64,000 nt of DNA from Coleofasciculus chthonoplastes F2-STO-03 (lineage in GTDB: Bacteria; Cyanobacteriota; Cyanobacteriia; Cyanobacteriales; Coleofasciculaceae): NCBI GenBank assembly GCA_040222015.1, contig JAVJWO010000041.1, positions 1 to 64,000 of the forward strand, written 5' to 3'. Below are positions 60,301 to 64,000 of this stretch, piece after piece. A program made the translations under genes and the position numbers. Under the pieces are notes generated by a model. It did not search any database. It worked only from the letters and a program-made list of their open reading frames with translations, and was not told the origin of the DNA. Positions within the stretch are counted from its first letter, which is position 1; each line of letters opens with the position of its first letter.

Positions 60301-60761
60301 TGCTAGCGGGAACGGGAATAACGCCTAGAATTAGTCCGCAAAGCTTGCTCGTCAAACCAGACATTGCCCAACGACAGTTCGACGCCGAACAAGCTCCGAC
60401 ATCTACAACCCCTAGTGGAAAAGGAGTGACAACAACGGGGACAGAATCGGGTGATAGCTCGCCCTCTGGTGATGAAGGAACGATTGGTAGCTCCGGCGAT
60501 GGATCGGGAGGGAGCCAAACTCCTGTACTCCGGCGGTTCTATGGTAACGTTGAAATTGACGCCATGCGGGTGAATCGAGACGCTCCCGCGATCGCGAACG
60601 AGGTAATCCAGCACCTAACCGCTTTGCACGGTGCAAAAGTCAAACTCACCCTCGAAATTGAAGCAGAAATTCCTGAAGGGGTGCCTGATGATGTCGCCCG
60701 TACCGTCATGGAGAACTGTCGGACACTTAAGTTCAACAGCCAATCTTTTGAGCAAGAGTAA
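57399..60761 (+). CDS. DUF499 AAA+ ATPase with N-terminal Swt1-like HEPN domain
   Basis: ELRDTRNDWAH (RX4H), KPWREI..PHPDV..G.YQQAEFAADL, TNFGGGKTH, LILIDEW, YPIHPELF, FQRTRGVLRLMA. Confidence 0.92.
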   Translation: MAISNHERVGRALNLLRDGLYPFIEREMKANFGERWLSAASACLPDHYVARREVKDVLKEDVSALLMVMWEQWNNVFRNTLGRSERSIVSELRDTRNDWAHTSTFSTDDAYRALDSMARLLCAISATEADQVEKQKQELLRVRFEGQARRETRRAAVAPTVGQPMSGLKPWREITTPHPDVASGRYQQAEFAADLWQVYLDEGSDEYRDPTEFFRRTYLTEGLKQLLSGALLRLSGKGGDPVIELQTNFGGGKTHAMLALYHLCNALAIADLPGMEPIFQETSLTKPPQNVNVAVLVGNKLQPSGIAPYKPEHKSQNRPLIKTLWGELAWQLGGLKGYEIVRNADETSTNPGDALKVLFNRFSPCLILIDEWVAYARQLHDRSDIAGGSFDTQFTFAQTLSESAKNAKQTLLVVSIPSSDIEIGGERGKEALDRLKNAIGRVESPWRPASAEESFEIVRRRLFQIAADPNLFVQRDAVIRAFSEMYRTQRQEFPAECKEGDYERRMRDAYPIHPELFDRLYSDWSSLDKFQRTRGVLRLMAKVIHSLWERNDQSLMIMPAHVPMDDSQVQSELTRYLDDNWIPVIDKDVDGPNSLPLALDRQNPNLGRYSACRRVTRSIYMGSAPTLRAANRGLEDRRIKLACVQPGETAATFGDALRRLTDQATYLYIDGNRYWVSTQPNVNRTAQERANQYQSDRYKVWEEIIKRLKNDKSRNEFSAVHIAPESTADIPDDPSLGVRLVVLAPQHPYSRLSDDTSARQWIEDALNHKGSSPRYYKNTLLFLAPDKAKIENLERNVAQYLAWESILADDKKKTLNLDNFQRSQAETKRDGTNKDVDNILNDTYQWLLVPMQPDAQGGIEWKETRLQGQDSPIARASKKAVHEGDLLDNYAATNLRLEALDKFLWRETNHIDLKRLWEYLTQYLYLPRLKDQNVLLEAIRNGVTSTIWADNFAYAEGFDEETGKYLGLLAGTGITPRISPQSLLVKPDIAQRQFDAEQAPTSTTPSGKGVTTTGTESGDSSPSGDEGTIGSSGDGSGGSQTPVLRRFYGNVEIDAMRVNRDAPAIANEVIQHLTALHGAKVKLTLEIEAEIPEGVPDDVARTVMENCRTLKFNSQSFEQE

Positions 60762-60774
60762 CGGATGACCACTC

Positions 60775-61764
60775 ATGACAAATCCTGATCAAACGATTGG
60801 TTATATACCCCCTGATTATCTAGAGTTCTACCCCGAAACGTTAGCACGAGAGGAAATTTTATCAGTACGTCAAGAGCGACAATCTAAATTATTTACCCCT
60901 CAAATGAGTCAGTACCGAGAAGCGGTGCAGGCGGTTCAGGACATCCAAAGTGATTGGTATGACTTCTCTGATGCTGTCGTCAAAGTGGGTCGTGCTGAGG
61001 AACTCACCGCCGCACAAAAACAGCGATTTTATCACTCGTTGCAAGCCTTTTGCCCTTGGAAAAAAGGACCCTTTGAACTGTTTGGGATTACCATTGATGC
61101 AGAGTGGCGTTCTGACTGGAAATGGGCGCGAATTTTGCCCCATATCCATTCGCTGAAAAATCGCCGGGTGGCTGATATTGGCTGTCACAATGGTTATTTT
61201 ATGTTTCGCATGGCGGATCAGGAACCGGACTGTGTAATTGGGTTTGAGCCAGTTCCTAAGCACTTTTGGAACTTTCAGCTTATCCAAAATATTGTTCAGC
61301 AACCGATGCTGACGTTTGAGTTATTGGGGGTTGAGCATATCGATTTTTATCCGAATTTCTTTGATACAATTTTTTGTCTAGGAATTCTTTACCATCATCG
61401 AGATCCGATTAATTTATTGAGCAAACTGCGACAAGCGCTAGCACCAAAAGGTGAAATTATTATTGATTGTCAAGGAATTCCTGGGGAACTTCCTGTGGCG
61501 TTAACTCCCCGTAAGCGCTATGCTCAAGCACGCGGAATTTGGTTTTTACCCACCCAATCTTGTTTAGAGAATTGGCTAGTACGGGCTGGCTTTAGTCAGA
61601 TTCACTGTTTCTTTGCTGAACCTTTGTCCGTGCAGGAACAACGCCGCACGCCTTGGGCAAATATCGATAGTTTACGCGAGTTTCTGAATCCTGATGATTT
61701 ATCGGTAACGATAGAAGGGTATCCCGCACCCTGGCGCTATTATGTAATTGCTCATAAAAGTTAA
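60775..61764 (+). CDS. cmoB: tRNA U34 carboxymethyltransferase
   Basis: PWKKGPF, IDAEWRSDWKW, DIGCHNGY, GILYHHRDP, RYAQ, TIEGYPAP.R. Confidence 0.95.
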   Translation: MTNPDQTIGYIPPDYLEFYPETLAREEILSVRQERQSKLFTPQMSQYREAVQAVQDIQSDWYDFSDAVVKVGRAEELTAAQKQRFYHSLQAFCPWKKGPFELFGITIDAEWRSDWKWARILPHIHSLKNRRVADIGCHNGYFMFRMADQEPDCVIGFEPVPKHFWNFQLIQNIVQQPMLTFELLGVEHIDFYPNFFDTIFCLGILYHHRDPINLLSKLRQALAPKGEIIIDCQGIPGELPVALTPRKRYAQARGIWFLPTQSCLENWLVRAGFSQIHCFFAEPLSVQEQRRTPWANIDSLREFLNPDDLSVTIEGYPAPWRYYVIAHKS

Positions 61765-61849
61765 ATGGAATTTTATGGGTTTTTATGAACATTAAACCAA
61801 AACTACAACTAAAAATTTAGCACACCAACTACGGAATAATCCATTTCTC

Positions 61850-62362
61850 TCAGGTTGGCAACAGCAAATCAACGTCCAACAAAAAGATAGTTTTTGATCC
61901 AGAATCTTGAGGAATTACTGCCACATGACGGGCAATATTCACCGTATCAGAACGACGATAAGATTCCGGTAAAAGCCGAATCGCTGAAAGTGGTACATCT
62001 ATTAAAATAGGCGCGTCAGCGACAGGAATACCATAGAGTTCACCCGTTTTATTTTGCATCGTTACCAGATATCCTCCCCCATTGGCAGCTTCCGGTAAAC
62101 TCTCTTTGAAAAAGCGCTGATATAAATCAATAACCGTAATTTCTTCTTCGCCAGAGTGGGTGACTCCCACCTGATTCATCCCACTCCCATGAACAGGGGC
62201 GCGATTCAAGATTTTGTATACGGATTCAATTGGTAATGCTAGATGCAAGTTTCCCAAGGTAAAAAGAATTAACTTTAATACTTGTTTCCTGTCTCGTGTC
62301 GTTTTTTCTGAAAGTACGGATTGATTTTCTTTGGATTGAGTATTCATGACATTACTGTTCAT
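61850..62362 (-). CDS. cheW: CheW (PilI-like) coupling protein
   Basis: LILFTLG..HLALPIESVYKI, ITVIDL, YGIPV, FLLDVD. Confidence 0.85.
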   Translation of the reverse strand: MNSNVMNTQSKENQSVLSEKTTRDRKQVLKLILFTLGNLHLALPIESVYKILNRAPVHGSGMNQVGVTHSGEEEITVIDLYQRFFKESLPEAANGGGYLVTMQNKTGELYGIPVADAPILIDVPLSAIRLLPESYRRSDTVNIARHVAVIPQDSGSKTIFLLDVDLLLPT

Positions 62363-62484
62363 AAGAGTTTAAAGGGGTAAACTAAAGCCATTCGAGTTCC
62401 TTTTTGCCTCTCTTTGAGCAGGGGAGGGTTAATGACAAAGGACAAATGACAAATGACTAATGACTAATGACTAATGACTAATGA

Positions 62485-64000
62485 CTAATGACTAACAAGA
62501 CTATTTTCGCGGATGATATCATTCAGCGATCCAACAAACTCTTGTTCCAAATAAGGCTTAGTAAAATACCCACTCGCCCCCAACTGCATCGCTAACCAGC
62601 GATGTTTTTGACTACTGCGAGAGGTTAACATAGCAACAGGAACGCTGGACAATTGCGGATCTTGACGCCGTTGACTGAGAAACTCAAACCCATTCATATT
62701 CGGCATCTCAATATCACAAACCACTAACTGCACCGATGCACTTTGCTGCAACTGCTCGATCGCCTCTCGCCCATCCCGTGCTTGTAATACCCGAAAACCT
62801 GCTCGTTCTAGGGTTAACGCCAGGGTTTGTCGCAACGCCACCGCATCATCGACAATCAAGATTGTCGGTACTTGCACCGTTCGGCTGAGAGTAGTTGTAT
62901 CCCCTGAACCCATCGCCGTTTCGTCGGAAGGCGCTTTCGGTACAGGCGTCGCCGTTGGCGTCGTTGATCCGTGGGCAAATTCCAACAGCGCGATGCCATC
63001 AATTACTGGAATTACACTCCCATCCCCCAAAATCGTACAGCCGTAGGTATAACTAGGGGGAGAAATTGCCGCCCCAAAGGGTTTAATCACCAATTCTTGT
63101 TCTGTAACCAGACGCTCCACTTCCACAGCAAATACCTGCTGATCCTGACGCAATACCAGCATCGGTAATTGCCATGTCTCTGGTGCAGCCACTGAACTTA
63201 ACGCCTGACCGGACAAGCTTTCCGGTAAGGGGCGCTGATAGTCCAACAGTTCCCCTAATCGATACGTTGGTATTAATTGTTCCCGCCAATGGAGAAACCG
63301 TTGCGCCCCAGATTTTTTCACTTGGTTGGCTTTGGGAATGACAATTTCTTCAATACTGTCCGAGGGTAACGCTAACACCGTCGTACCAATGAAACAGACC
63401 AATAATTTAGCGATGGTTAGGGTTAACGGTAGACGCAACGTAAACGTCGTACCGCCTCCTGGCGTCGAAGTTACAGAAATTTTACCTTTTAGCGATCGCA
63501 ACTGAGTCCGCACCACATCTAACCCCATCCCTCGTCCCGATAATTGACTCACTTGCTGGGCGGTGGAAAATCCTGGCTCAAAGATAAATCCCCACAAATG
63601 CGCCTCTGAGATTGTCGCCAATTGGTCACGGGATACTAATCCCAACTCAACCGCCCGACGTCCAATTCGCTCGGCATTTAATCCTTGACCATCATCCCGA
63701 ACTTCGATAATCGTTTGACTTCCCTTGTGATACGCCCGAATCTCCATTTGTCCCGATTCCGGTTTCCCCCGTTGATGCCGGATCTCAGCAGACTCAATTC
63801 CATGGTCAAAAGCATTTCGGAGTAAATGCAGCAACGGATCATAGAGCTTTTCTAACACCGCTTTATCAACCAAAACCCCTGTTCCAGTTAACTTCAAATT
63901 CACCAGTTTGTGATACGTGTTAGACAGTTCTCGTAATACCCTGGGAAACCGATTCAACACCTCCCCAATCGGTAACATTCGCGCCCACATCAACTCATCC
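62485..64000 (-). CDS. cheA: C-terminal part of a hybrid CheA (HATPase-CheW-REC) taxis kinase; 5' end lies outside the window
   Basis: LLHLLRNAFDHGIE, DDGQG, IFEPGFSTA...SGRGMGLDVV, GCTILGDG, CDIEMPNMNG, YFTKP. Confidence 0.95.
   Translation of the reverse strand, partial: DELMWARMLPIGEVLNRFPRVLRELSNTYHKLVNLKLTGTGVLVDKAVLEKLYDPLLHLLRNAFDHGIESAEIRHQRGKPESGQMEIRAYHKGSQTIIEVRDDGQGLNAERIGRRAVELGLVSRDQLATISEAHLWGFIFEPGFSTAQQVSQLSGRGMGLDVVRTQLRSLKGKISVTSTPGGGTTFTLRLPLTLTIAKLLVCFIGTTVLALPSDSIEEIVIPKANQVKKSGAQRFLHWREQLIPTYRLGELLDYQRPLPESLSGQALSSVAAPETWQLPMLVLRQDQQVFAVEVERLVTEQELVIKPFGAAISPPSYTYGCTILGDGSVIPVIDGIALLEFAHGSTTPTATPVPKAPSDETAMGSGDTTTLSRTVQVPTILIVDDAVALRQTLALTLERAGFRVLQARDGREAIEQLQQSASVQLVVCDIEMPNMNGFEFLSQRRQDPQLSSVPVAMLTSRSSQKHRWLAMQLGASGYFTKPYLEQEFVGSLNDIIRENSLVSH

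Noticed and set aside
49560..60790. att sites or target-site duplication bounding the defence island
   Set aside because: No convincing direct repeat seen at the two junctions and no integrase or transposase gene

Overview
64 kb of a cyanobacterial chromosome, probably a filamentous Oscillatoriales/Coleofasciculus-like strain (inferred from frequent HIP1 GCGATCGC octamers, heptamer STRR tracts, GTAG-type REP hairpins and typical cyanobacterial gene families). Housekeeping genes (eno, nadE, bamA-like, tagA/wecB-like, cheW/cheA) are mixed with signalling and accessory loci. Three loci stand out. (1) 44.4-61.8 kb: an apparently complete tRNA wobble-uridine cmo5U pathway (two U32/TrhP proteins, a tRNA-Val m6A37 methylase, cmoA, cmoB). 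The cmoA-cmoB pair is split by an ~11 kb SNF2-helicase/DUF1156-methylase/HEPN-DUF499 defence operon. (2) 4.3-9.9 kb: a sigma-like factor / DUF1822 / CHAT-protease-CHASE2 / DUF928 module. Its two divergent promoters carry a matching bipartite 40-nt motif, suggesting a protease-controlled sigma cascade. (3) 11.4-14.3 kb: an AT-rich chimeric Z1-helicase plus toxin-antitoxin remnant between two copies of a TPR gene 3' end. Also present are pseudogene fragments, MITE-like elements and tandem arrays. No rRNA, tRNA or CRISPR array was recognised. All domain calls come from motif recognition by eye, not database searches.
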